A DNA stretch of 64,000 nt, from the NCBI GenBank assembly GCA_000830175.1, contig JQIS01000050.1, positions 4,578-68,577 of the forward strand, given 5' to 3'. This DNA comes from Sulfurovum sp. FS08-3 (GTDB lineage Bacteria; Campylobacterota; Campylobacteria; Campylobacterales; Sulfurovaceae). Positions 39,085 through 49,080 of this stretch are shown here, piece by piece. Under the pieces are notes generated by a model, which ran no database searches, was not told where the DNA came from, and was given only the letters and a program-made list of their open reading frames with translations. How positions within the stretch are numbered: the stretch's first letter is position 1; the number at the start of each line of letters is the position of its first letter. Position numbers and translations under genes: made by a program.

Positions 39085-40683
39085 CTAGATAGAGGGGACT
39101 TCGATGCGTTTTAAAATCTCTTCACTTGATAACGCACTTAAAAGCCTCTCCTCAAAGCACTCAAAACTCTCGTGAAGCTCTTTGTTGTCACGATAGTACT
39201 CCATGAGTTTTTTGACAACAAATTTTGCTTCACTAAGGGGTAGGGATTTGATAAGTACTCTTGCCTCTTTTGCCTCTTTGGTGGCTTTTCCGCCTAGATA
39301 AATATGTACACCATCGACTCTATTGCCCTTGCTATCTTTGGTTTTGCATCCCTCGAAGCCAATATCGGCAACGCCATGAATCCCGCATCCTTTGGGACAA
39401 GCCGACCAATACATGCGTACTTTTCCCGACTCGATGGGTACCTCTTTTGCCAAAAAATGAGCCAGTTCAATAGCATCGGGCTTATTGGGAATAACGCCAA
39501 AAGCACAAGTAGCCGTTCCTGCACAGGCAATTTGATGATTGAAGTAGATGTTTTGATAGGTGGCGTAGTGATGAAAAAGAGGGGAGTTTTGCACCCTTTG
39601 CGCCTCTTCTTTGTTGGTGATAATGTAGAGACTTTGCTCAACTGAGAGTCGTATCTCGCCCCCTACACTTTGAGCCAATTCACCTACGGCTTTTAAATCA
39701 CTTCCTTTGAATACGCCACTAGGAATGCTAAGATGCACGGCTTTTGTATCTTCATCCAAATCAAAAATTCCACTATCATTAAGTGCGTACTCATCCGCGA
39801 CCAAAAGCTCCCCGCTTGTTGCATACTCCTCTTTGGAATAGGTTTTAATCGCTTCAACAAAGCTCTCCATTCCGACTGCTTCGAGCAAAAAATGCAATCG
39901 GTTTTTGTTTCGATTGTCTCTAAAACCATACTCTTTGAAGAGATTGATAATGGCATGAAAGGTTGGTACTACTTGTTCTTGCTTCACAAAAAGTCCACTA
40001 TCACGAGCTTGAATGCCTACACGACCACCCAAATAGAGGTTGAAGCCCACCTCGTCGCCCTTTTTTGCCAATACAAAAGCACAATCATGTCCATAGATAT
40101 TGCAATCATTGATACGATTTCCCAAAATAGCCGTATTAAACTTGCGAGGCAAAGTGCCTATCCACTCCTCTTGCTTTAAAAAGATACTTTGCAAAGCATC
40201 AATAAGGGGTTTGGTTTGTATGATGGAACTTTTGCCCAATCCATCAAATGAGCTTGTGACGATATTGCGAAAGTTATCGACACCTGTTTGAAAAGTGCTA
40301 ATCCCTACCGCATCAAGCTCTCTTAAAACCGTGGGCAAATCTTTGAATTGCAAAAACCTAAACTCTAGCTGTTGGCGGGTGGTAATATCGATATAATCCT
40401 CCCCGTATTGTTGTGAAACGATGCCTAGTTGGATGGCTTGAGCGGGACTAAGTTGCCCTGCGGGTATGCGAATACGCAACATAAAACGTCCATCTTCTTT
40501 GGCAAAGAGTCCAAAACATTTGAGAAAATAATCGCTATCTTCTTGGCTAAGATTCTCCAATCCGTTTTGGCAGATGGTTTGGAGCTGATTGTAAACACTA
40601 AGGGGTGTTTTGAGTGCTTTAATGGCTTCGATTTTATTGTGCTTGGCGTTGCGTGCCTCTTTTGCTTGTTGTAATATTTGCAT
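39085..40683 (-). CDS. nirA: ferredoxin--nitrite reductase (sirohaem/4Fe-4S)
   Basis: Cluster/sirohaem cysteines CAGTATCAFG and CPKGCG; two nitrite/sulfite-reductase half domains; nitrate-assimilation context. Confidence 0.85.
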   Translation of the reverse strand: MQILQQAKEARNAKHNKIEAIKALKTPLSVYNQLQTICQNGLENLSQEDSDYFLKCFGLFAKEDGRFMLRIRIPAGQLSPAQAIQLGIVSQQYGEDYIDITTRQQLEFRFLQFKDLPTVLRELDAVGISTFQTGVDNFRNIVTSSFDGLGKSSIIQTKPLIDALQSIFLKQEEWIGTLPRKFNTAILGNRINDCNIYGHDCAFVLAKKGDEVGFNLYLGGRVGIQARDSGLFVKQEQVVPTFHAIINLFKEYGFRDNRNKNRLHFLLEAVGMESFVEAIKTYSKEEYATSGELLVADEYALNDSGIFDLDEDTKAVHLSIPSGVFKGSDLKAVGELAQSVGGEIRLSVEQSLYIITNKEEAQRVQNSPLFHHYATYQNIYFNHQIACAGTATCAFGVIPNKPDAIELAHFLAKEVPIESGKVRMYWSACPKGCGIHGVADIGFEGCKTKDSKGNRVDGVHIYLGGKATKEAKEARVLIKSLPLSEAKFVVKKLMEYYRDNKELHESFECFEERLLSALSSEEILKRIEVPSI

Positions 40684-40728
40684 CTATTTTTCCTTTCGTG
40701 TGGGGTGGGTATAATCCACCAAAATATT

Positions 40729-40865
40729 AACTGACCTTACGCACCTGCATTCCATTTCGGAGGTGGGACTTCAGTCCACTTATTGGCTTGGATAGTAAGA
40801 GAACCAAATCTTAGCTTTTGTGGGACTAAAGTCCCACTTCCGATAAAAGTGCGTAACATCAGTTA
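40729..40865 (-). repeat. about 140-bp twin-hairpin intercistronic element (copy 1)
   Basis: Reverse complement aligns along its length with 45656-45796. Hairpins at 40763-40779 (one C short) and 40820-40837 (GTGGGAC-TAAA-GTCCCAC). Confidence 0.85.
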
Positions 40866-42113
40866 TCCATTAAACAGTGTGTGAAACTTCACCACATCTC
40901 CAAAGACCAAAATAGCGGGAGGCTCTATATCTTTGGCACAATGTTCGAGATTGGCTAGTGAAGAGGTTACCACTTTTTGGTTGGGGCGTGAGGCGTTGGA
41001 GACAATGGCACAGAGTTTGTTGGGAGCTACTCCCAAAGCTATCGACGCTTTTACAATCTCTTTGAGCCTACTCAACCCCATAAGCACCACTACCGTATGA
41101 TTGGGTTTATGTAGCAGTTCTATCCAATCGAGATTGAGTGAGTTGCCTTTGAGGTGAGCCGATACCACACTAAAACCTGTAGCGTATCCACGAGCCGTCA
41201 CGGGAATACCTGCACTTGCACAACCGCTAATAGAGGAGCTTATTCCTGCAATCACTTCGGTTTCAATATTGGCATGAATGAGATCGCTTAGCTCCTCTGC
41301 TCCTCTTCCAAATACAAACGGATCACCGCTTTTGAGTCGTGCGACACTTTTGCCTTGATGGGCGTAGTGGAGAATAAGGGCGTTTATCTCCTCTTGGCTT
41401 TTGCTATGAAACCCTTTTTGTTTGCCTACGGATAGTTTAAGTGTCTCCTTGGGTACAATCGCCATAATCTCATCGGATATAAGATGGTCATAAAGCACCA
41501 CATCAACACTTTGAATAATCTTATAAGCCCTAATCGTGAGCAGTTCGACATCGCCCAATCCACACCCCACCAAAAAGACTTTGGATTGTTGTCTCAAAAG
41601 CTCTTTTTGGGTTTGAGGCACATCAATGATACCCCTATCACGCTCTTTTTGTTTGGATTGGAGATAAGCGGCAATATCTTTGGGGATAAGCTTTTGGCAC
41701 TCATCTCTAAAAAACTTCGCTGCTGTTGGAGAGGCTCCATTGGAAGAGACGGCGATTTGCAAAGGGAGATTGGGAGTGAGTGCCATGAAATAAAAATCGC
41801 ACAAGCTAGGCTTATCGACAACATTGAGCAAAATAGGATACTTCTTTTTGTATTTCACAAGCTTTTTGGCTACTTTTGGATCACCCGTAGCATCAATGAT
41901 AATGTGAAAATCGCCAATATCTTTGAGCTTAAAGGATTTGCGGAGGATTTTGTTGGTGGTGAAAAAAATCTCATCGTTGAACGTTTTGGCAATAATCGTA
42001 AAATCCATTTCATTATGACTTAGCACTTGAGCCTTTTGCAAAGCCACTTTGCCACCCCCAATAAGGAGAATTTTTTGGTTTTTGAGCAGTATGGGCAAGG
42101 TAGCGTTTTTCAT
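40863..42113 (-). CDS. cysG: sirohaem synthase (precorrin-2 dehydrogenase/ferrochelatase plus uroporphyrinogen-III C-methyltransferase)
   Basis: N-terminal LLIGGGKVA Rossmann; C-terminal VFLVGCGLGD and GDPFVFGRG SUMT motifs. Confidence 0.85.
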   Translation of the reverse strand: MKNATLPILLKNQKILLIGGGKVALQKAQVLSHNEMDFTIIAKTFNDEIFFTTNKILRKSFKLKDIGDFHIIIDATGDPKVAKKLVKYKKKYPILLNVVDKPSLCDFYFMALTPNLPLQIAVSSNGASPTAAKFFRDECQKLIPKDIAAYLQSKQKERDRGIIDVPQTQKELLRQQSKVFLVGCGLGDVELLTIRAYKIIQSVDVVLYDHLISDEIMAIVPKETLKLSVGKQKGFHSKSQEEINALILHYAHQGKSVARLKSGDPFVFGRGAEELSDLIHANIETEVIAGISSSISGCASAGIPVTARGYATGFSVVSAHLKGNSLNLDWIELLHKPNHTVVVLMGLSRLKEIVKASIALGVAPNKLCAIVSNASRPNQKVVTSSLANLEHCAKDIEPPAILVFGDVVKFHTLFNG

Positions 42114-44089
42114 AGTTTGTTCACCTTTACAGCGGAGTGGTTGTAGTCGGGCTGAAGCGACTCTTTGTCTAAAATATCATTGGTTAGATAGTTAATCTCA
42201 CGGTTGCTAATGGGAATAAAGAGCGTTTTTTCTCGAATGGTAGGGGTAATGAGAGCTTTGGTTTGCACCTTGCCTCTACGGGAAATCACCTCAATGCTAT
42301 CACCCTCGTTTATCCCTAACTCCTTAGCATCATGGGGGTGTATCTCGCAAAAATTGAGTGCTTTGTATTTGAGCAAGGTGGTGGGGAGATTGGTTTTTGT
42401 ACCACTATGCCACTGATCACGTGTACGCCCCGTGAGCAAAACAAAAGGGTACTCCAAATTGGGTTTTTCGCTTAAGAGATGGTTTTGGACAAAATGCAAC
42501 ACCCCTTTTTGATTGGGAGTTAAAAAATCCCTAATCTCTTCACCCCAAACAAAGGGCTTCTTGACCAACTCTTCGTAGGAAGTTTTATAGATATCCATGT
42601 AGCCATTAAGACGTGTCATGGCTTTATACTCATCAAATATTGCTTGTGGAGTATCAAAATTAAACTGCTCTTTGTATCCCAATGCTTGTGCAAGAAGTTG
42701 AAAGATTTGCCAATCGCTTTTGCAATCGATAGAGGTTCGAGTGAGTCTCTCTTGTTTGGTAATGGTTCTATCAAGATTGGTTTGTGTTCCCTCCTTTTCG
42801 CCCCACGGAGCCGCTGGGAGACGAATATGGGCAAAAGCGGCACTTTCACTATTTTCGTAGGCGTTGATTTCGACAACAAGGGCTATTTTTCGTAGCGACG
42901 CTTCGTTTTTGTGGCGATTGGGCAGATGGTAGATGGGGTCAGTATGGCAAATAATCAACACATCCAAATTGGCGTGAAGCATTTGAGTGGCGGTGAGTCC
43001 AACTTGAGGGTTGATGTTGTCGGTTTTCCAAAACTGGCTTACTTTGGCGATACTCGCCTCATCAAATCCCAAATGTACTGCCAACATAGTTGAAAGTCCG
43101 CCCACCTCTCGTCCTCCCATGGCATTGGGTTGTCCTGTGAGCGAAAGAGGACCATTGCCCTCTTTGAAGATTTTGCCCGTAAGCAGATGGGTATTGATAA
43201 GAGCCAAATTTTTATCGACTCCTTGAGAAGATTGATTAAGCCCCATTGTCCATGCTGTAATGATATTGGGACTGTTTTTGTAGAGTTGCCAAAAGGCTTC
43301 AAAGATTGGCATACTTAAGCCCGTACGTTTGAGCATCTTTGTGGTGGGAATACGTTTGAATTTATTGACAAAACTCTCAAAGTTTTCGAGTTTTGTATGC
43401 ACAAAATCCTCATCGTAGAGCTTTTCATCGATAATGCGTTTGGAGAGGAGATTAAAAAAATCAATATCGCTTCCTGCTTTGATAGGCAAATAGAGATCGG
43501 CAATTTTTGCCGTATCGGTAAAGCGTGGGTCAATAACAACAACTTTGAGTCCCTCTTTTTTGGCTTTTTTGATTTGATTGTGAAAAACCACATGGGCTTC
43601 GGCGGTGTTGGCTCCTGCCAAAATCAACAAATTGCTTTTAAATATATCCTCCATACGCACAGGCACAAAATCGGCTCCCAAAGATTTTTTGTACGCTACG
43701 ACCGCACTTGCCATGCAGGTACGACTGTTGGTATCGATACTATTAGTACCCAAAAAGCCCTTAGCAAGTTTGTTGGCGATGTAGTAATCTTCGGTGAGCA
43801 TTTGCCCCGATAGATAGAAGCCTATCTTCTCTTTGGGAGTAGCTTTGATGGTGTTGGCAATAGTAGCAATAGCCTCCTCCCATGTGCTAACGCCAAAGGG
43901 TTGCTCAATACTCTTACGCATATGAGGGCGAAGCAGACGAGTCGGGGTTTGGATGCTTACAAGTTCACTAATTCCCTTGGAGCAGAGTTTCCCCTCGTTG
44001 GTAGGGTAAGCTACATCTCCTATGAGTTTATGAGGCTCATACTCTAGCCCACACCCTACGCCGCAATATCCACAGACTGATTTTATCAT
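42110..44089 (-). CDS. nasA: assimilatory nitrate reductase catalytic subunit (molybdopterin oxidoreductase)
   Basis: N-terminal CGYCGVGCG..C 4Fe-4S motif, 659 aa, 4-nt overlap with cysG. Confidence 0.85.
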   Translation of the reverse strand: MIKSVCGYCGVGCGLEYEPHKLIGDVAYPTNEGKLCSKGISELVSIQTPTRLLRPHMRKSIEQPFGVSTWEEAIATIANTIKATPKEKIGFYLSGQMLTEDYYIANKLAKGFLGTNSIDTNSRTCMASAVVAYKKSLGADFVPVRMEDIFKSNLLILAGANTAEAHVVFHNQIKKAKKEGLKVVVIDPRFTDTAKIADLYLPIKAGSDIDFFNLLSKRIIDEKLYDEDFVHTKLENFESFVNKFKRIPTTKMLKRTGLSMPIFEAFWQLYKNSPNIITAWTMGLNQSSQGVDKNLALINTHLLTGKIFKEGNGPLSLTGQPNAMGGREVGGLSTMLAVHLGFDEASIAKVSQFWKTDNINPQVGLTATQMLHANLDVLIICHTDPIYHLPNRHKNEASLRKIALVVEINAYENSESAAFAHIRLPAAPWGEKEGTQTNLDRTITKQERLTRTSIDCKSDWQIFQLLAQALGYKEQFNFDTPQAIFDEYKAMTRLNGYMDIYKTSYEELVKKPFVWGEEIRDFLTPNQKGVLHFVQNHLLSEKPNLEYPFVLLTGRTRDQWHSGTKTNLPTTLLKYKALNFCEIHPHDAKELGINEGDSIEVISRRGKVQTKALITPTIREKTLFIPISNREINYLTNDILDKESLQPDYNHSAVKVNKL

Positions 44090-44253
44090 CTTTACTAATC
44101 CTCGCTATGATAGATATGAAATTGTACACTGAAGTTAATGTAATTTTAAGCTATATATTGATTAAAAAATAGGCAATAGTGCGATTAAATAGTAATATAA
44201 AGTGTGATACAATTCCATCAACAACAAAATTAATGTAAAGTTAAGGAGATAAG

Positions 44254-45633
44254 ATGTTAAAAAAGGTTTTAAAAATTGGTTTTGGACTCTCATTGGTCAC
44301 TTCGGCGTTGCTATCCGCTCCCGAAAAAACAAAACTCAAAATTGGATTTATTGCACTCACCGATTGCGCACCTTTGGTTATTGCCAAAGAAAAAGGGTTT
44401 TTCAAAGCAGAGGGACTTGATGTTGATGTTGCCAAAGAGGGTGGCGGTTGGCCAGGGATTCAGCAAAAAGTCATTAATGGAGAGTATGACTTCTCACACG
44501 CTCTTGCAGGTATGCCCATCGCCGCTACGCTAGGCATCAACGGCGAAGCTCATTTGGTTGCACTGCTTTCACTTGATTTTAACGGTAATGCCATTACCTA
44601 CGGAAACACCATCATCAAAGAGATGGAGAAGTATGGATTGGATAAAACGCAAAGACCCGTAAGTGCCGATAGCCTCAAAAAATACATTGATGCCAAACAC
44701 GCCAAAGAGGGAGAGAAATACCAACCGCTTAATTTTGGTATGGTACACCCTGTAAGTACGCACAACTACGAGCTTCGTTATTGGATGGGGGCAAGTGGCA
44801 TTAAGCCCGATTCCGATTGTACTATCAAACCCTTCCCACCTCCAACCATGCCTTCCAACCTCATTGCGGGTAATATTGAGGGATATTGTGTAGGTGAGCC
44901 ATGGAACAGTAGAATTGTGCTTAAGGGCAAGGGCTCGGCTTTGGTTACCAACTACGATATTTGGAACAACAACCCCGAAAAAGTACTTCAAGCACGAGCC
45001 GATTTTGTAGAGAAATATCCCGAAACGACCAAAGCTGTCATGAGAGCGGTACTTAAAGCTCAAATGTGGTTGGATGCTTCGTGGGAAAATCGAGAAGAGG
45101 CGATTGGGTATCTAGCCAAAAACAACTACGTCAAAGCACCCAAAGATGTATTGCGAAAATCAATGAGCGGAACCTTTCTCTATACCAAAGGAGTCAATAG
45201 TTCCAACCCAATGTTTAATGTCTTTGCTAACTACTACGCCGCCTATCCATTTTACAGTCACGGAATGTGGTTTATAACGCAAATGTATCGATGGGGACAA
45301 ATTGATAAGCCCGTCAATATGAAAGAGGTGATTGAAAAGGTCTATCGACCCGATTTGTTTGAGACGGTAGCCAAAGAGGTAGGATACACATTACCACCCA
45401 GTGCATGGAAAAAAGATGGAGTAGATGAGTACAATAAATTTATCGACGGCAAAGTATTTGACCCTAACAAAGCCGTAGAGTATATTTACGATTTCAACGT
45501 CACCACCCCGCTTGTCACCAAAGAGGCATTGCTCAAAGAGAACAATTGGAGCGTAGAGACCAAGCAACCCACCTATGTATGCCCTTATGGACCCGCAGGA
45601 TGTGCCGACCCTAAGTATGTAACAAAAAAATAG
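44254..45633 (+). CDS. nrtA: nitrate ABC transporter substrate-binding protein (NrtA family)
   Basis: Signal peptide; [24 protein letters not shown] signature; AAGGAGA RBS. Confidence 0.8.
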   Translation: MLKKVLKIGFGLSLVTSALLSAPEKTKLKIGFIALTDCAPLVIAKEKGFFKAEGLDVDVAKEGGGWPGIQQKVINGEYDFSHALAGMPIAATLGINGEAHLVALLSLDFNGNAITYGNTIIKEMEKYGLDKTQRPVSADSLKKYIDAKHAKEGEKYQPLNFGMVHPVSTHNYELRYWMGASGIKPDSDCTIKPFPPPTMPSNLIAGNIEGYCVGEPWNSRIVLKGKGSALVTNYDIWNNNPEKVLQARADFVEKYPETTKAVMRAVLKAQMWLDASWENREEAIGYLAKNNYVKAPKDVLRKSMSGTFLYTKGVNSSNPMFNVFANYYAAYPFYSHGMWFITQMYRWGQIDKPVNMKEVIEKVYRPDLFETVAKEVGYTLPPSAWKKDGVDEYNKFIDGKVFDPNKAVEYIYDFNVTTPLVTKEALLKENNWSVETKQPTYVCPYGPAGCADPKYVTKK

Positions 45634-45655
45634 GCACAAAGTAGCGATATATTCG

Positions 45656-45796
45656 TAACTAATGTTACGCACTTTTATCGGAAGTGGGACTTTAGTCCCA
45701 CAAAAAGCCAAGATTTGGTTGTCGTTATTATCGAAGCCAATAGGTGGGACTAAAGTCCCACTTCCAAAATACCATTGCATCTGCATAAGGTCAGTT
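45656..45796 (+). repeat. about 140-bp twin-hairpin intercistronic element (copy 2)
   Basis: GTGGGAC-TTTA-GTCCCAC at 45684-45701 and GTGGGAC-TAAA-GTCCCAC at 45744-45761; inverted relative to copy 1. Confidence 0.85.
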
Positions 45797-45816
45797 CGCA
45801 ACAAAGAGGAGAGATA

Positions 45817-46632
45817 ATGAACAGTGAATGGATCAAAAAAATTCTATTGCCTATGTTGGTTTTTATTGCTATTGTAGGGGGTTGGCATCAGATTGCCGCA
45901 CACATCAATGAGTTTCCTACCCCTAGCGATACCTACACCGCAGCTTTTGGTGGTATCAACAGTGAGGGCGATGAGGTGAAAGGGGTATTAGCCGATCCTT
46001 TTTATATCGAAAATCAAGACGACAAAGGGATTTTTTGGCAAATATTGGCTTCGCTTAAGCGGGTTTTTATGGGATTTATTTTGGCTATTGTGATAGGTGT
46101 GCCTTTGGGATTGTTCATTGGTATGAGTCGTTTGGCTCAATACGCCTTTGATCCTTTTATTCAAATCTTCAAACCTGTTTCGCCTCTAGCATGGCTACCG
46201 CTGTTGCTCTTTATCTTTCAAGATATTGACCTTACGGCTATTTCGACCATCTTTATCACGTCGATTTGGCCCATCATCATCAATACGGCTTTGGGGGTGC
46301 GTAGCGTAAACAGTGACTATATGAATGTTGCCAAAGTGCTTCAATTTTCGCCTTTTGAAAAGGTGACCAAGATTATTTTGCCCGTTGCGATTCCTTTTAT
46401 TTTCACAGGCATGAGACTCTCACTGGGGATTGCATGGCTTGTGATTGTGGCAGCTGAGATGCTTACAGGGGGCATTGGAATAGGATTTTGGATTTGGGAT
46501 GCCTACAACAATCTCAACTATCACCATATCATTATAGGCATTATGATTGTAGGAGTCATAGGATTTATTTTGGATGTTATTATGGGCAAAATTGCTGATT
46601 TTTTTGACTATCGAACCAAAGGGAGAGCATAA
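45817..46632 (+). CDS. nrtB: nitrate ABC transporter permease (NrtB family)
   Basis: Polytopic; ATG 45817 after GAGGAGA. The 45775 start lies inside the repeat element. Confidence 0.8.
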   Translation: MNSEWIKKILLPMLVFIAIVGGWHQIAAHINEFPTPSDTYTAAFGGINSEGDEVKGVLADPFYIENQDDKGIFWQILASLKRVFMGFILAIVIGVPLGLFIGMSRLAQYAFDPFIQIFKPVSPLAWLPLLLFIFQDIDLTAISTIFITSIWPIIINTALGVRSVNSDYMNVAKVLQFSPFEKVTKIILPVAIPFIFTGMRLSLGIAWLVIVAAEMLTGGIGIGFWIWDAYNNLNYHHIIIGIMIVGVIGFILDVIMGKIADFFDYRTKGRA

Positions 46633-46634
46633 TT

Positions 46635-46853
46635 ATGGGCGAAAAAAAGTTTTTATACTTAGAAAATATTGAAAAGCGATTTCCAATAACAGGTAAAGAG
46701 GATTATGTAGCTGTCACGAATGTGCATTTGGAAATTAAAGAGAATGAGATTGTCTCCATTATTGGACATAGTGGATGCGGTAAATCAACATTGCTCAACA
46801 TGATAGCAGGACTCGATAGACAAACAAGCGGTAATATTCTCTTAACAGGCTAA
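46635..46853 (+). pseudogene. nitrate ABC transporter ATP-binding protein, 5' fragment only (truncated after Walker A)
   Basis: IIGHSGCGKSTLLNMIAGL then ...NILLTG-stop. The stop lies 2 codons inside the TIR element; no Q-loop, signature or Walker B follows. Confidence 0.85.
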
Positions 46854-46966
46854 TCGGTTAGCTCCTCCTGTTACCAATCGTATCCATAAGTGATGTTTTT
46901 CTCTAATTTACTGGTTCCATGGGTTACATTATAGCATATTTAGGAGGAGCTAACCGACTAGCCTGT
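46845..46966. mobile_element. 122-bp MITE-like TIR element (copy C)
   Basis: Same TIRs and interior as 24795-24915, with one extra A. Confidence 0.85.
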
Positions 46967-48301
46967 AAAGAAAATTTTGATGAAGTTGAAAAATTATTTG
47001 ATAAGTATCAAACCATTCAAGGCAGACTCAATTTTATATCTCAAAAGGTAGGCATTAAGCCATATATTCGGGAAATTAAGATAACTAATTTTAAATTGCT
47101 TCAAAATTTCACTATTGAATTTAATGAGAAAATCAATATTATAATCGGTGAGAACTCTAGCGGAAAGACTTCACTACTACAAGCTATTACACTAGCCTTG
47201 CTTGATAAAAATGTAGCCATTCAAACAGGCAAAAACCCTTACAGTCAATACATCACAAAAGATACCGATGTTTCAACAATTACACTCACAATGGATGAGT
47301 TTGAAAAAAAGATAGTGCTACATGAAGCATCTAGGAGTGTAGAAAATAATTTCTTATCACCGTTTGTATTGGCTTACAGTTCGAGTATCTTTACCAAGTA
47401 TGGTGAGGTTGAATCGTTGGTAGAGAAACTACTTGCCCAAAAAGTATATGAAGATTTTACAAAATCAATTTTTACCGATTATATTGATACACTCTATAAT
47501 CCAAAAGCTATTCTAAATGTCCTAAAAGATAAGAAAAGTAAACGAGCCAAAGAAGTAGAAAAAATTTTTGTTGGTACAATTAATAGCTTTTTATCGACTT
47601 TGGATGATTTTAGTTTAGAAATAGGAGATAAGAGTGGTAATTATTGCTTTAGAGACAAAAAGAAAAAAGAGTTTACGCTCAAAAATTTAAGCGAAGGGTA
47701 TCGCAATAGTATCCTACTCATTGGTGACATACTCATCAAAGTACTAGGTGTCGGAAAGAAACCCGATACAATCGAGGGTGTTATCCTCATAGATGAATTT
47801 GACAGACACCTCCACCCCAAATGGCAAAGCAACTTAGTAACCAAGCTCACAACTATTTTTCCATATATTCAATTTATCTTGACGACGCATAATCCGATGT
47901 CGGTATTGGGGAGAGAAGCCAACGAGATTACTATCATCAAAGAAGAAGATAAAGAACTCAAAGCTATCAAAAAGAGCGGTACAAAAAATATTGATGCAGG
48001 TACGGTGCTTGTTAAATACTTTGGTGTAAATTTGGTGAGTAATGTAATGCATGACAATCTCAAACGCTTTACGCAATTGAAATTAAAAAATCAAGAATTA
48101 TCCGAAGAGGAAACAAAGGAGTTTGCAAAATTAGAAGAAGATTTAAGCGAGACAGTGGCTACTAACTTTATATACAACAATGGATATTTTAAATTTTTGA
48201 AGTTTGCAAAAACACATCAAGATATTGATTTTGATGAACTCGATGAATTAAGCGAAGAGGAGTTGGATAGATTATTAAGTGATTTTGAGGAATCACTATG
48301 A
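46919..48301 (+). CDS. ptuA: AAA15/21-type ATPase, Septu PtuA-like
   Basis: Walker A GENSSGKTSLLQAI, signature-like LSEGYRN, Walker B VILIDEFDRHLHP. The only in-frame start (ATG 46919) lies inside the TIR element. Confidence 0.7.
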   Translation: MGYIIAYLGGANRLACKENFDEVEKLFDKYQTIQGRLNFISQKVGIKPYIREIKITNFKLLQNFTIEFNEKINIIIGENSSGKTSLLQAITLALLDKNVAIQTGKNPYSQYITKDTDVSTITLTMDEFEKKIVLHEASRSVENNFLSPFVLAYSSSIFTKYGEVESLVEKLLAQKVYEDFTKSIFTDYIDTLYNPKAILNVLKDKKSKRAKEVEKIFVGTINSFLSTLDDFSLEIGDKSGNYCFRDKKKKEFTLKNLSEGYRNSILLIGDILIKVLGVGKKPDTIEGVILIDEFDRHLHPKWQSNLVTKLTTIFPYIQFILTTHNPMSVLGREANEITIIKEEDKELKAIKKSGTKNIDAGTVLVKYFGVNLVSNVMHDNLKRFTQLKLKNQELSEEETKEFAKLEEDLSETVATNFIYNNGYFKFLKFAKTHQDIDFDELDELSEEELDRLLSDFEESL

Positions 48302-49047
48302 TTAATATGCGACCTATCTATTTGGATGCTTCTTTCCAAAAAGCATTGCAAAAATTTCACAAGAAGCTTCCTCAGGAGTGTTACGAGACAACCGATTGTG
48401 AGTGGTCATTGTTTAAAAAAGCTTTTTTGAAGTTTTCAAAATACAAATGTCCTATTTGTGAAGACAGGGTAAGAAGATATGACGATATCGACCATTTTAG
48501 ACCAAAAGAAGAGGCGTTGTACCCTTTTTTGAAGTGTTGCTATCAAAATTATATAGTTATGTGTAGCGAATGCAATAGGTTTTATAAAAAAAGTAACTTC
48601 CCATTATTGAACCCTACTCAAAAAGCTACAAGTGTCGTAGAACTCAAAAACGAAAAACCTCTACTCGTCAATCCAATGCATGATGACATATTTGAACTGT
48701 TTCAATTAGAATTTATAGTATCAAATAAAAATAATAAAAAGATGCTAGTAGTTGCTCCAAAAGATGGCATTGATGACGAAAGCAGACAAAAAGCCCAAGC
48801 CACAATAGAGCTTTATGGTATTGGGAATTGTGATGATAATGATAAAATTGATGATTGTAGAATTGATTTACTAGAGAATCATTATGACCAATTTATCGAA
48901 TTAGCAAAAAGAGCAAAAAAATATTTTGAAGACAAAACAGAGCGAAATAGAGTTTTACTAGGCAAAAAAATAAAGGAAAAACCAAGTTTGGAAAAATACG
49001 GTTTTGTAGAGTTCATCAAAAAAGGTCAATTTAAAATTGCAATTTGA
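48298..49047 (+). CDS. ptuB: HNH nuclease, Septu PtuB-like
   Basis: CPICE..x..IDHFRPK..x..N..x..CSECNRFYK HNH pattern; ATGA overlap with ptuA. Confidence 0.7.
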   Translation: MINMRPIYLDASFQKALQKFHKKLPQECYETTDCEWSLFKKAFLKFSKYKCPICEDRVRRYDDIDHFRPKEEALYPFLKCCYQNYIVMCSECNRFYKKSNFPLLNPTQKATSVVELKNEKPLLVNPMHDDIFELFQLEFIVSNKNNKKMLVVAPKDGIDDESRQKAQATIELYGIGNCDDNDKIDDCRIDLLENHYDQFIELAKRAKKYFEDKTERNRVLLGKKIKEKPSLEKYGFVEFIKKGQFKIAI

Positions 49048-49080
49048 TAAAAAAGTGCGATAGGATTAAAACAAATAAAA

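Noticed and set aside
40763-40837. ANTAR/NasR-type dual-hairpin antiterminator target in the nitrate cluster elements
   Set aside because: As I recall, ANTAR substrates are two short hairpins with hexaloops of conserved A and G positions, lying next to a terminator. Here the loops are tetraloops (TTCA/TAAA/TTTA), the stems are 7 bp, the spacing is about 45 nt and no U-tract follows. I kept it as an unexplained element, not as ANTAR.
45775-45816. Longer start for nrtB
   Set aside because: The extension is encoded by the twin-hairpin repeat element. A GAGGAGA RBS precedes the ATG at 45817.
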